Assembly: GCA_025603075.1 (NCBI GenBank)
Contig: MU626264.1
Coordinates: 158,531 to 222,530 of the forward strand
DNA: 64,000 nucleotides
From: Neoconidiobolus thromboides FSU 785
Taxonomy: Eukaryota; Fungi; Entomophthoromycota
Direction of reading: 5' to 3'
How positions within the stretch are numbered: position 1 is the first letter of the stretch; every line of letters begins with the position of its first letter. Positions 50,156 through 63,593 of the stretch are shown one piece after another. The notes below the pieces were generated by a model. The model saw only the letters and a program-made list of their open reading frames with translations. It was not told the DNA's origin and made no database searches. Made by a program: the position numbers and the translations under genes.

Positions 50156-51502
50156 ATGTCCCCAGCCAACTTTGATCAAAGTAATACTTAATATTAAACT
50201 ATCAAAAATGATATTAATTATTTAGCTTCTACTCTTACTGAATTTCCAAGTCGACCCGTTTCAGAATGTGGATCACCTTTGGCTTCGCCTAGGTTAAGGC
50301 CAAAAAAAGTACCAACTATTCCTAATGATGACTCTTTTGAGATTAACTTGAGGTATTATAATGGAATATAGTATAATAATATACTAATTGAATTTTAGGG
50401 ATAACTATAATGAAGATACCTTAAGGTCAAAAGTATTTGAATTGGTTCGTCAACAAATACCTTCTTGGAAAGAATCGAAAGTCGACCACATTAAACTTAT
50501 TCACCTTAGCGGTGCAATGACCAATTGTATTTACGTCGTTGAAAACACCAATCCATTGATTTATAAAGGACCTAATAAAGTGCTTTTGAGAATTTATGGT
50601 GTTGGGGTAGAAACATTCATTGAAAGGGAAAAAGAAATTACATGGCTATCAAAATTGTCTATCTGTAAAGTAGGTCCAAGATTATTAGGGACTTTCCATA
50701 ATGGAAGATTAGAAGAATACCTTGATTCTGATACTCTTACTCATTACGATATTATTGATCCAAATGTCTCTATTCACATTGCTAAAAGAATGAGCGACCT
50801 TCATAACATTGCGTTAAGATATCCTCCTCCAAAAGGAACAGTTGCAGAAATATGGAAGAATATTTACAAATGGCTTCCAATTGCAGAAAAAGACTATCAG
50901 CGTTTACAACATTTAATGGACAAAGAATGTTATCAAATTGACTTTGAAGATGTTAAAAGTAAACTTAATCAGCTGCAAGAAATTATAAAAACAATGAATA
51001 GTAATTTAATGTTTTGTCATAACGATGTAAGTGTGTTTGTATTAAGTTTTATTGTTTACTTATAGTTATTTTTTAGGCACAATATGGTAACATTCTTCGA
51101 CTTAAATCGAATGGAGAATTAGTAGTCGTTGATTTTGAATACGCAGGGTATAGTTATCCAGCTTTTGATATTGCTAACCATTTTTGTGAATGGATGGCCA
51201 ATTACCATAGTGATAGGCCACATTACCTCAATGAAAATGATTATCCAAATAAATCGGAACAATTAAACTTTTTAAAAGCTTACCTTGAATCACAAAGAGG
51301 TTCCTTCACTACGGAAGAACTTCATGAATTTCAAAAAGAGGTCGAATGCTTCTCTTTGCTTTCTCATCTCAAATGGGGATTCTGGGGCATTATCCAAGCA
51401 GGTACTTCAACTATTGACTTTAATTATATGGCATATGGAACTCAACGCCTTAACTTCCTCAATCGTTATTTTGAAAAGTATACTCGAGAAATTAATCATT
51501 GA
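50156..51502 (+). CDS. Choline/ethanolamine kinase, 4 exons
   Basis: LSGAMTNCIY, KVLLRIYG, GPRLLGTFHNGRLEEYL, FCHND|AQYGNIL, VVDFEYAG..AFDIANHFCEW, HLKWGFWGIIQ. Confidence 0.93.
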
Positions 51503-52634
51503 TTTGATGAATGGTACATTAATTCTACTAACCAACCACCACTATATATTCTATTACTATTTAAAGTGTTCTATTATTACTAATAAATATATTTGATTAA
51601 TTTATATCCTCATTAATGTATCTTATATTAAATATCCTTATTTTCATTTCAATATTTTAACAAATTCCGCCATCCTAGAATCGTTGCATTTAGATGTCTT
51701 CGCTATTTTTTAATTTGCTATTAATTTCTTTTACATTGAATTTAAAGAGCTTAATAACATATTAATTCATAAATTCTTTCTAAATAATCCTTATATCAGA
51801 TCTAAAAAAAGCAAATACATTTGAATGCAACCAATTTTATGGAACATTTCAAGTTAATGATTAAAATATAAATCATCCATGATTTAGAGATTACTTATTC
51901 TTACACCAAAATTGCTAAAATATTAATATTTTAAATGGAGATTAATAATTGGTTGAATATATTTTAAAGATCCAAGTTTGCTCCTTAATTTTCCATTTAT
52001 TCTTAAGCCATCATATTCAATCTATTAACCAAAAGTTGACCATTTTAACATAATTTTGAGTTTTCTAGGTTCAATGAATTTTTCCGCATATTATAAAATT
52101 AAAAGATCAGTAAACATTTTGGCATTAGCTAAATGTTCTAAATTGATATAAAACTTAAAGTTCACTGAATTTATTGGAGGTGAGTATGATTGTTAAATTT
52201 CAATTGTGGAGTGACCGACTGCTCATTCTAAAGATGAAATTAAAAATTGAATTGTAAATTGGATAATAAACAGTTATTGATTATAGAAATTACCGCTACC
52301 TATTAGGCAGTTAAACTTCAGCAGGTGTAAATTAGTTAAATTTAGTTAGTAGTGCCAGATTGTAATATTAAGTCATTTGTAAATATTCATAACTCGTTTG
52401 ATAGTGTTCATATTAATAAATAAGCTAATATTGGATTTGGTTTTTTTAAATAGATTTTAAAAAAGTTAATTAAACTTGTATAATATAATCAAATCCTTTT
52501 TAATATAATTTTAAGTATATTTTAATATTTTATTTTTTATAGTCAATTATATGTATCATGATTAAGTAAATTTCCAGCTTTTAATTTGTTATTCGAGTAT
52601 CAAATTTACTAAAGTTTAAATTGAAAAATGACTC

Positions 52635-54949
52635 ATGAAAATCAATTATTCAATTTTTAATATGGGAGCTAGCGAGGTAATAGTTAAAGAAATAATCGAA
52701 AAGAGTGAAATTTATAGAGATAAATTAATTGTAAGAGGCTTGAATGGAAGGTCAGTGGTAGGCGGAGATCATTGGGATCGTCCAAAGTTACAGCCTATTA
52801 TACTTGATATTATTTTCTATACCAATATTGAAGCTTGCGGAGAATCTGATATATTAGCCCATTCTTTAAGTTATTCTGATTTAGCTTCGGAAGCTTTAGA
52901 CGTAAGTGAAAATTCAACCCATGAGAGTTTTAAGGACCTTGCCCAAAAGATATGCTATCGTTTGCTTACCAAGTTTCAAGGCTCAAAAGTTACCATCTCA
53001 GTTCAAAAACCAAAGGGTCTTTTACATGCCGAAAACTCAGGGTATGAAATCACTAGAACTGTAGATAATGTAAACATAGATTCAGATTTAAACAGAGATT
53101 TCAAAGATGATCGACTTTTCATTAACAGTCTCCGATTGAATACTATTATTGGTGTACACTCCTGGGAAAGGGAAGCTAAACAAGTAGTACTTATTCATTT
53201 AAATTTATACCCAGGTGCTCAAATTCTAGGTAATAAATCAAAAAAACCTCATAATTATCGTACTTTAGTAGCTACCTTATCAAAGATGATTGAAGAATCA
53301 AAATTTAAAACAGTGGAAGCGTTAGCAACTTCCATCGCTAGAATTACTATAGTTAACTGTAATTATCCAAAAGTTACGGTACGTGTAGAAAAACCTTCAG
53401 CATTAAGGTTTGCAGCAGCCGCAGCCGCAGAGATAACTAGGGATGCATCCTTTTTTGAACAAGATTTATTAAAAGATGAAACCATCTTGAATGAAAATGA
53501 TGTAGCTAGCAAAGCTTTAGATGATGGGACTAAAACTAGTTCTGTTGCATTAATAGCTTTTGGATCCAATTTAGGAGATAGATATAAAAATATTGTTGAT
53601 GGTATCAAGTCTTTAAAAGAGGCTGGATGTGAGCTTTTAGATACTTCCTTTTTGTATGAAACCGCACCTATGTATGTTTTAGATCAACCAAAATTTCTTA
53701 ATGGTGCTTGTAAGGTAATTTGACAAACAGTGAATAAACTTGAAATTTTTTTATCAAAGCAAATTTTTAGGTTAGGACCACGTTAAGCCCATTAGACTTA
53801 TTAAAAACATTAAAAAAAATAGAGCAAGAGTTAGGTAGGACCCCAACCATAAGAAATGGACCAAGATTAGTTGACTTAGATATTTTATATTATGATAACG
53901 TGGAAATGGACACTGAGGTATTAACTTTACCACACCCACGTATTGCCGAAAGAGAATTTGTACTTCAACCATTGAATGATATATCCCCAGATTGGGAGCA
54001 TCCAAAATTACATAACACAGTTAAGCAGTTACTTTTCCGTCTTACTTATGATCAAGGACATAGTGAAGTGGTTAAAGTTTTACCGCTTAAAAATCAAGAG
54101 TATTGGTATTGGGGCTCAAAAACATATATTATGGGAATTTTGAACATAACTCATGATTCCTTCAGCGATGGTGGGGATTATTTAGACTTAAGCTCAGCTG
54201 TCATACAAGCCAAAAAATTAATTAATGATGGTGCGGATATTCTAGATATTGGAGGGGCTTCTACGCGCCCAGATGCTGATCCAATCAGTGTAGAAGAAGA
54301 AATAGCTAGGGTTGTTCCAGTGATTAGTAAGCTGAGGGAAGAAGGGTTGAAATGTCTTATTTCTGTTGATACTTTCCATTCGAAAGTTGCTGAAGAAGCT
54401 ATAAAAGCAGGTGCAGATCTTATCAATGATGTATCTGGTGGTGGTCGAGACCCTAAAATGTTTGAAGTTATGGCACATTGTAATGTACCGGTATGCTTAA
54501 TGCATATGAGAGGAGATAGTAAAACCATGAATTCATTAACTCAGTACGGGTCTGGAGAAGAGGGACAAGTAATGAGATATGTACAACTTGAGCTTTCCAA
54601 ATTTATTGGTAGGGCTATATCCTCTGGAGTTTATCGTTGGAACATCATTGTTGATCCAGGGATTGGATTTGCTAAGAACACTGAACAAAACTTAGAGTTA
54701 ATAAGATCTCTTCCTCAAATTGGAAAGTGTGGTTCCTTCCCATGCTTGTTTGGTGCTTCTAGAAAAAGATTCATTGGTAGTATCACCGGTAGAGAAAATC
54801 CTAAGGAGAGGGATTGGGGGACTGCCGCTACTTGTACGGCTGCAATTGCTGGTGGTGCTGATATACTCCGTATACATGAAGTGAAAGAGCTTAAAGATGT
54901 TATTGTTGTATCTGATGCATTATATAGGGTTAAAGGTAGTAAACAATAG
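52635..54949 (+). CDS. FOL1: Trifunctional folate synthesis protein (DHNA-DHNA-HPPK-DHPS), 2 exons
   Basis: Two DHNA repeats; IAFGSNLGD and FLYETAPMY..QPKFLNGAC (HPPK); MGILNITHDSFSDGG, ISVDTF, DPGIGFAK, GASRKRFIG (DHPS); intron 53715-53770. Confidence 0.96.
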
Positions 54950-55735
54950 ATTTTTTCATTTAAACAATTGATATAAAATACATACCCTTAACTTATTTTA
55001 TATAATATAACTTGTTTTTTTATTAATGATTTTAAAATTGTTAAAATCTTATTAAGTTCCCTTAATATGATATTTAAGTTTAAATTTCAATATAGCCATA
55101 CATAGTAAGATTATATATTAAAAATTTAATCAAAGTCTTTTTGATTTTGAATTGTTTTGATCTGATTGGAATGAACAATTGTAACAATACAAGTTTAATA
55201 TTATTAATCTTTATTTAAAAAATACTGTTTTATATTTCCTAATTATAGAGTATAAATTTGTTTTCATCATAATTTTAAAACTATTATGATAGTGATATGA
55301 ACTATGAATTTTGTTTATATTAGAAGCTATATTAATGTTACAAATAATGTGATAATATCGAAAACGATAATGATGACTATACAATATTCACTAAAAATTA
55401 AACAAGCAAAAATTAAATTCCATTTTTAGTAATAAAATTAAATGGGGTTTGAGTAGAATGTTTATTAAAATGCTTATTTAAAATCATAAAGCCAATCACT
55501 AATAGAGCGTGGTGGGATGAAATCATGATTGGATAATACGCTAAATCATGAAGCAGTCACACCCAAATTGTTTTACTCGTCATTTCTAAAGGTATAAAAA
55601 GTCAAAACAATTACTTTTATTAAATTTTTATTTATTTTTATTATTAAAGCTGATCATAAATCAAGGTATAAATATAATAAGCTTTATCAATTAAAATAAA
55701 CTAATATTAATTGATTCATAGAGTTTTATTTAAAC

Positions 55736-55960
55736 ATGAATGGTAAGGGAGACAAATTAACTGAACAAAGGCATGTATCTGCTAAGGGACTTGAAGATAA
55801 TCGAGGGTTACCAAAAAAAGGAGGAGCCGGTGGGCATAACTGGGGCAATATAAAGGATGAGGTTGAAGCTGGTACTGAAGATAAAGATAAAAATGGAGGA
55901 ACCTCGGCTCAAAAAATAAGAGTTATTGACTCTGAAGAATTTTCTAAGCTTCATCCATAA
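55736..55960 (+). CDS. Small Stf2/Tma10- or HABP4/SERBP1-like protein (74 aa)
   Basis: RHVSAKG..GLPKKGGAGGHNWGNIKDE matches the KKxGxGxxNWG motif of that family. Confidence 0.7.
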   Translation: MNGKGDKLTEQRHVSAKGLEDNRGLPKKGGAGGHNWGNIKDEVEAGTEDKDKNGGTSAQKIRVIDSEEFSKLHP

Positions 55961-56176
55961 TTAAAGTAGTGAGCCTAATTTTAAATTTATATTAATTTTA
56001 GATTTAACTTTATTGATTATTTTATTTTTGTTTTAAATTGTCACTTAATTTTTTTATCACTTATTTTAATTGATCTTTTAATTAAAATAAATGATATGAT
56101 TGTATTTAAATATAAACTTATTCAAGTCAAATACAAGTATATAAGCAACCATTTCCTTCGCTGCAAATAAATAACT

Positions 56177-57155
56177 ATGATTTCTTTAATTATTTTTTCA
56201 GCCTTTTTATTGTACATAAAGTGTGCTATCAACGACCCTTTATCGTTGGATAAACCTGATTACGCTAAAGGTTACTAAGATTACAAGTCTAATAAGACTA
56301 AATATTAACATCGAATAGGGGATTATACTATCAAAAATGGTCCAAATTTACTCGGTAATAAACCATTTCCACCAATGTTATATAATGAAGGTACTAAAAT
56401 AATAATATTTAAAATCAACTTATTGTAATCTTCTAGTCTCTAATGCAAGATTGAATTTAGAGGTATTAAAATTATTAAATGATTTTAAACTAGGTAACTC
56501 TTTGAACTTATCAACTTTATCTCAATTAATATTTTTAGCTCAAAGTAACGAATTGTCAGAAGCGGCAGCCGGTAACTTTTTTCTTTTATAATTACAATAG
56601 CTATAATAATCATAATAATTTATAAGGACCTAATAAATATCGTCCATTAAATGAATATCTAAACGCTAAAGGGAATTTAAACGAAAATTTAAACTCACCT
56701 GTTTTAAACAATGCTCAAGCCCTTTCTTATTTCCCTCCACAACCAATAAGTACACCTAATAAGATTCTGGTAGTAAACACGGATCAACAATTAATTTCAA
56801 AACCAACTGCATCAAGCAATATTAATGTTGGTAAAATAGTACAGACTACAATGGTTAGTTTAGCCAGCGATAAAGTCAATCAAGTATCCATGAGTGTATC
56901 TTCTCATGTTCAGAGCAGTCAACATAAAACAAATGAAAGCTCTTCAACCTCTCGCGATTCGAAGATGCATTCAAGAAAAGAATCCACAACTAAAAGGTAA
57001 CCGTTATTTTGTTTGGTTTTATTTTTGATGTTAATAATTTTAGTTCATTCGAATCAAAAAGCACTGGAAAAAAACCAAGCAGTACTTCAGACGGAGTTAT
57101 CATACCCCTTTTAAACCTATCTCCTATTTTTCTATTATTATTAAGTATTAAATAA
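56177..57155 (+). CDS. Putative GPI-anchored Ser/Thr-rich cell-surface protein, 6 exons, 245 aa; missed by ORF track
   Basis: Exons 56177-56270, 56319-56390, 56437-56493, 56539-56571, 56627-56996, 57044-57155 splice in frame (738 nt) through 45-55-bp GT-AG introns; signal peptide and SDG + hydrophobic tail. Confidence 0.8.
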
Positions 57156-57253
57156 AGATCTGGTGATCTTTTAATGGTTTAAAAATATACTTGATTTTTT
57201 AAACCTTTATTATTGCTAAGCCTTGTGTAGTTTTATGTTTGGAAATCTTAATA

Positions 57254-57457
57254 TATGTGGATGTATTTTTGTTTAAGAATTTTACTAACAATTTTTCCAC
57301 TTAAATAATACTTAAAAGATGGAAAAAGTAATGAAGCCAAAAAAAACACCATCATACGGGAATGTATTTTTGTATTTAAGAATTTTACTAACAATTTTTT
57401 TACTCAAATAGCGTTTAAAACATGGAAAAAATAATGAACCCAAAAAAACATCCCCAT
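57254..57457 (-). mobile_element. Head-to-tail pair of GGGGATG-family MITEs sharing one TA
   Basis: 57254-57356 and 57355-57457, both reverse orientation. Confidence 0.85.
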
Positions 57458-59182
57458 ATTATTAATTTTTTTATAAGTAGTCTCAGTTTAAATTGCTCTG
57501 ATTTTTTCTCATGATTACTTTTATAGTAGCACCAAACGAGCCTTTGAAAACTATTATGTATTTAATATCCTGTTAATTGAAAGTATAAATCCATTATATT
57601 TTTTTGTAGTAATATTACATAAATTTTTATATGCAATAGTATAACAGATTTTAGCTTAAAAGTTTGAGCTGAAAGTAACTGTTTTTTATGATTTCAATTT
57701 TGATCTGAATCTCATTTAAGCCATTTTTTATTCAGAGATCCAATCATTTTCTGCAATTTCACTAAACTAGGTTTTTTTGAGGGGCTTCACAGCTAACATT
57801 TCATAAAATTTGTTATAAGATAAAACTATAACGCTTTTTATTTTAGTAGTTTCATTAGCAAAATTATTATAATGAGACAAAACTATGATTTTTCAAACAA
57901 TTTTGTTATAATATTTAAAAAAATCTAATATATTTAACTTATGTTTAATATTGAAATCACTTATTTTTTAATAAAACAACCTATCTATAACTATATTATT
58001 TAGTCGAATATTAATAGTTTATATAATCTAATAACAATCAAATTAGTAAAATTTAGTGCTTAAAATTAAGGTAAGTGAGATTATGCAAAATAACTCCCAG
58101 TTAGGATAAAATTTCAATATCTAATTTACAAATTATGAGATCATAAATTTTACGATTGAAAGTATAAAAAATAAGTCACAAGAAATAAATGATTTGCCTG
58201 AAATTCATTTTACATTAAAAATCACCCAATTGTACAAAATTAAAGCTTTATTAATAAATATACTTAACTAAGTTTTTTAATCTTTATTAACACTTATAAA
58301 AGAGCTATTGATCACTGTTTTTCAAAAACCTTAAAATAAACTTTATTTAGCGAATTCAAGCTCTTCCATATCCACTTAATAGCAAAATTATTTTACTCTC
58401 AGATTAGAATAAATATCAAAATCTTATTTTACCATAAGTATATAATTAAATCTTAAACCAAGAAGCACCACCTTACTTTAACGATTTAATAATAATCAAT
58501 TAATACAACTTTCAAATTTACACCTTACTTCACTATCGATTTACCGCGTTTCAATATCAATTATCTACTATTTTACAATGGGCATCAGGTAAAAATCTTA
58601 AAGCAAGTTCGCTCTCTTCTAATTTTTAATTTGAAGGATTATTAAATAAACTTGAGACTCTTAAAAATCTGTTAAACACTCAATCCTACTACCAAAAGCT
58701 ATAAGACATTATCTAAAAGGAGCTAACCTTTATTCCCTTTAAACATCTGTAGTTAAATTAAAAGCTTTCCATTTAAATTTTATAAAACCAATTTATATCT
58801 TCCCCACTCATTGTTAATGAATTATGTCAAAGTTGAGATAAAATAAATCAAAAGGATTGAAAAATGATTTAATTTATTAAATAAGATACCAACAATTTTA
58901 GCCCCACAATTGAGAAATGGAGAAGATTTGTGACTATGATTAAGTACATAAAGTTAGGGCTGTTGGATGTTTATTAGCCAATTGTTATAGTTATGCTCTA
59001 TCCACTATTATATTAATAATTAGTTATCAAATACATGCTGATTCAAGCTGAACCCCTCGATCAATAAGTCAAGAAAATTAGAGGCATTAAGTCATATAAA
59101 AGGAGAAGTGAAAAGTATATAAATAAATAAAAAAGCGATCACTATATGATTATCAAAAATTATAATTTATAATCTTAAAAAA

Positions 59183-59635
59183 ATGAAGTTTCTTACCTTA
59201 ACTTACTTAATCATTGCCTCCGTAGCTGCCCAATCAAAATCCGTTTCTCCATCTACTAGTGCTAAAGGTAGTCCTTTACCAACTGATGATTCTGGAAGTG
59301 CCAATATGACAATGGGTAGCGGAAATGATACCATGAAAATGGGTTCAAATAACAACCAAACTATGTCAATGGGAACCAATGGAAACAGTACGATGGCTGG
59401 AAGTGCAAATAAAACAATGAATGGAACTGATAGTATGCCAGTTAATGGAGATGAGTCTCAAGTTGGAGGGGTAAGTTTGTCCAAATCAGCAGCTAAAACA
59501 GACTCTAAATCAGGGTCAGGGTCAGGGTCTAAATCTACTAGTATTATCTCAAACGTTAGTAATAGTCATTCATTTACTAATGGATGCTCTGCTATGTTGG
59601 TTGTCGCTGGTATCGTAGCTGCAAATTTACAATAA
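59183..59635 (+). CDS. Small secreted Ser/Thr/Gly/Met-rich putative GPI protein (150 aa)
   Basis: Signal peptide MKFLTLTYLIIASVAAQ; MxMGSxNxT repeats; hydrophobic tail AMLVVAGIVAANLQ. Confidence 0.85.
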   Translation: MKFLTLTYLIIASVAAQSKSVSPSTSAKGSPLPTDDSGSANMTMGSGNDTMKMGSNNNQTMSMGTNGNSTMAGSANKTMNGTDSMPVNGDESQVGGVSLSKSAAKTDSKSGSGSGSKSTSIISNVSNSHSFTNGCSAMLVVAGIVAANLQ

Positions 59636-59779
59636 TTAATTAAGTACTCTGCTTTAAATAAATCAAATAAGATTTAATATCTTATTACTAGTTTTAAATA
59701 TAACCATATTAATAGCTGTGACTTAGTAAATAATATAAATTTTAAGAACATTTGTTTTTCGTTATTAGCAAGGAGCAAG

Positions 59780-59875
59780 TGGGGATGTTTTTTTGATTTC
59801 ATTACTTTTCCACTTTTTAAGCACTGTTTAAGTGAAAAGATTATTAGTAAAATTATTAAAAAAAATACATCCTCA
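59780..59875 (+). mobile_element. GGGGATG-family MITE
   Basis: TGGGGATG...AAGCACTG...ATACATCCTCA. Confidence 0.8.
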
Positions 59876-60542
59876 AGTCTTTTTGTTTTCCTTTTCTCTT
59901 GAAAGTTAGCCCAAGTGGTTATTAACATACAAAAATAATTTGTTGCAGCTTTTTAGTTTTTGTTAACAGTAGTTTCTGTAATTATATTACTTATATAGTC
60001 AATTTTTTAAAACCTAATTGATATATTACAGCTAAATCCCAACTCAATCTTTTTTAAAATAAGCAATTAGATTCCAAAGGAGTCGAAGGAGTCGAAGGAG
60101 TTACAATCTCTTTATAAAATCATCAAATGTTTTGTTCTGCAGCTGGTTCTTCGAATCTAGGGATCAATAGTAGTAATTTTTAAATCTAGCTATTTAGTTG
60201 GTTAATTTTTATAAAATCTGCTGTAAAAATACAAGGGGAGATCAAAAAGTTTGAGAAATTACGCAATTTTTATTTGTAAAAGGTGGAAACTTTTTCACAT
60301 AAATTAAATATATGGATATATAAAAAAACTCTTGTAGAATTTTAAATTAATTTGTTAACCATCTTTGAGTAGTAAATATAACTTCATAAAGTTTTTTTAA
60401 GAACAGTGGTAATTTTAAACTTTCTGATGTTTTATTAAAATATTACTAATTAGATTTCCAATTTTCAAAATAAATTAATTAAAAATACTTTCAATTTAGT
60501 AATTTTTAAATACTATCATTATTATAAGCTGTTTTAAAACTA

Positions 60543-62121
60543 TGTGAGAGATGTCCAAATTGGGGTTTTTTCCAATTTTAAAATTCTATAAAAATAAATT
60601 TTATTAAAAATTAAAAGTACCTAACAGTTTTAAATTATTTTAGTATAATTTATGTTATAACTTAGTAAAGTTTTTATTAATATAACCTATGTGTTAAGAT
60701 TAATCAAAGCTACAATATACAAATAAACCATGAGGATGTATTTTTTTGCTTGAGGATTTTACTAACAATTTTTCTACACAAATAGTACTTAAAAAATGGA
60801 AAAGTAATGAGACCAAAAAAGTATTTATTGTTAGCTGCTTTATAGCCAACATTGCAAATTTGTTGTTAAATAAATAAAACTATTTTAGTGCTATAACGAC
60901 ATTATTAATATATCACTAAGTTAATAAATAGCTACATGGGAGGGAGTAGTTAGCCTTAAAGTTATAATCAATCATACTTATATAATAGAAACAATAAAAA
61001 ATAGTTTTTATTTGTTGTAATAGTTACTTGCTCTTTGATTACTTGTTAACTTAACTATTAACAATTTAAATAATATCAACATTGGGTAATCAATTCCTAT
61101 CATTTGAGGATGCTTTTTTCGTTTCGTTACTTTTTCTCTTTTAAGCACTATTTGAGCAAAAAGATTATTAGTGAAATTCTTGAACAAAAAGATATATCTT
61201 TATTTAATAAACTACTGACTTAGTAAATATCAAAACTTTTAAAATTTAAACTATTTTTACAAAATATGCCTAAAGTTAGTTTTTTAACAGATTTTGAACT
61301 TTAATTGAAACTATATCGCTTTTTTTTGATGTATCAGATACTGGATAACAATGTAGTTTATTGTTATGTTTAATAAAGTGTAAATACTTCTTAATGTCCT
61401 TATATTTCTATTATTTTTTTTGTATTTTTGGTAATAGGTTGTAATGTTGATATTTTATTACTATTATTACTTATTTTTGAATAATCATATTGGTTTCTAT
61501 TTATATTAAATCCAAAACTCTTACATTCATCAAAATGATATACTGAAGCTATAGTTAATAATAACGCCTTGTTGATTATTATTTTCTGTTTCCCTTAAAA
61601 GCACTGATTTTATACATTGGTTGATTAAGTTTATTATATTAATAGTAAACTTTGATAATATATCTTTTCTTTGTTTTATTGTATCATAAAATTCCATAAA
61701 CCCTGGGCTGGTATAAGTAGCTCTTAAAATTGACGTAAATGAACTACAATGTTTATATTGTGTACTCCTCCCTATTATATTAAATTTTCAAAAATTCCAT
61801 TTGAAAGTTTAGTTATGAAAGTCTGCATTTTATTTTTATTTCTATTCCAACAAAAAATAAAGTCAGATAAGTGTATATATATAATTATATAACCATATAG
61901 TTATATATTATATATCTGTTAAATATCTAACAGAACTAACATAAAACATATAGTTAGGAAAACCAACTATTTAAGAAAAAGAAACAATTAAAATAAGCTT
62001 TAAATAGAGAGATTTAATTTTAGCTTTTTAGATTTAACCGTCACATTAAAGACAAATTTTAAATTTTAAAATTTGGATTAACTTCTAAGTAAACTCTGAA
62101 ACCAATTAGGACAGCCCCATA
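60543..62121 (+). mobile_element. Long GGGGATG-family element, copy C (~1.58 kb, both TIRs present)
   Basis: Left end GAGAGATGTCCAAATT, right end AATTAGGACAGCCCCATA; co-linear with copy A minus the LTR-like insert; contains two MITEs (60729-60820 -, truncated; 61103-61200 +). Confidence 0.65.
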
Positions 62122-62417
62122 TGTATTAATATATAGTAGAAATTCAATTAACTTACAGTATAAGCTATAATATAATGATTTAGAACTTTTCAAGCAAAGA
62201 TATATATTTTTACATATTACATTTAGAAAAAAATCATCTTATCTACAATAATAAAAATGTGTTACTAAATATGAATTTTATTATTAACAGTAATTTAAAT
62301 ATAAAACACTATTTACTAAAATTTCAATAATAATTATTTTACTCAATAGGATTTCAAAAGTGAGAAAAAAGACGATTTATAATAACAATAGCATCTATGA
62401 ATTTACTAAATAAAAAG

Positions 62418-63593
62418 TATTCGGGAGTGTTTCTTTTGACTTCATTATTTTTTCCATTTTTTAAGCGCTATTTGAGCGGAAAATTTGTTAGTAAAACTCT
62501 TAAATACAAAAATACATCCCCATTCATTATTTAAAAAAGCTGATCAAGATTAACCTAAAACTTTGTAAGCAGTTTTATATATAGGGATGTTTTTTTGGCT
62601 TCATCACTTTTTCCATCTTTTAAGCGCTATTTGAGTGGAAAAATTACTAGTAAAATTCTTAAACAAAAAACATATCCTCATATATATATTTGTAGCAAAT
62701 CAGAAAATAGTTGACTTTTAAATATTTAATAATAATGGCGATTAAAACTTTTAAAAGGTTAAATTGATTAAACAAAAGTCTAATTTGCTGGATGATTTTT
62801 TAATAAAAAATTAAAAATATACATAGAAATGATTCAATAATATAGCTTGGTATAATTTTTTTTCAAATATGAAAAAAGCTTTTTTAACTTATTGTCATTT
62901 ATTAAACTAAAAATGTTTAAATATTTAAAAATAAGCTATATAATGAAATAAGCTATCATAAAATTTGGTGGTCAGGAAAAAAGGTAGTTTTTTTTTGCCT
63001 TGATTACTTTTTCCATTTCTAAGCGCTATTTGAGTTGGAAAGACTATCAACAAAATCCTTAAACGAAAAAAATATCCCCATGTTGAATTAAATAAAAGTA
63101 AGTATAGTGTACAATAGTTGATATTTTAACTTTAATTTTTCTTTGAAATATAAAAATATATAGGGATGTCTTTTTTTGCTCAAAAGTTTTACTAGCAATT
63201 TTTCTACTCAAATAGCGCTTAAAAATAGAAAAAGTAATGAAAACAAAAAAACATCCCCAATATAGTCTTATCTAAAACAGGAAAAGATAGTTACTGAAAA
63301 CTATTAAATTATAAGTTTTATCGAAGTAAAAACATGTTATAAAAACAATATGGGGATGTATTTTTATGTTTAACAATTTTACTAATAAAATTTCCACTCA
63401 AATAGTGCTTAAAGGATGGAAAAAGTAATGAAGCCAAAAAGAACATCCCCGTATTTACTATAGTAATTATAAAACTAAAACATAGCTATTATACTAAAAA
63501 ATTATTTGATAAAAAGCAAAACACTAACTTTGTTATATAGGAGGGGGTATATTTCTATATTTAAAATTTTTTTGAATTTTTTTGCTTAAATAG
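62418..63593. mobile_element. Dense cluster of six GGGGATG-family MITEs
   Basis: 62418-62524 +, 62580-62682 +, 62982-63082 +, 63159-63260 -, 63349-63453 -, and a degenerate truncated copy 63535-63593 -. Confidence 0.85.

Noticed and set aside
51800-52260. Minus-strand frame with few stops (..AEKFIEPRKLKIMLKW..)
   Set aside because: About 8 stops in 140 codons is not clearly below AT-rich background, and no family is recognisable.
60077-60102. (GAAGGAGTC)x3 tandem, and a similar 9-bp TAAAACTAT-type tandem near 3345-3385
   Set aside because: Short isolated slippage repeats with no associated ORF or structure.
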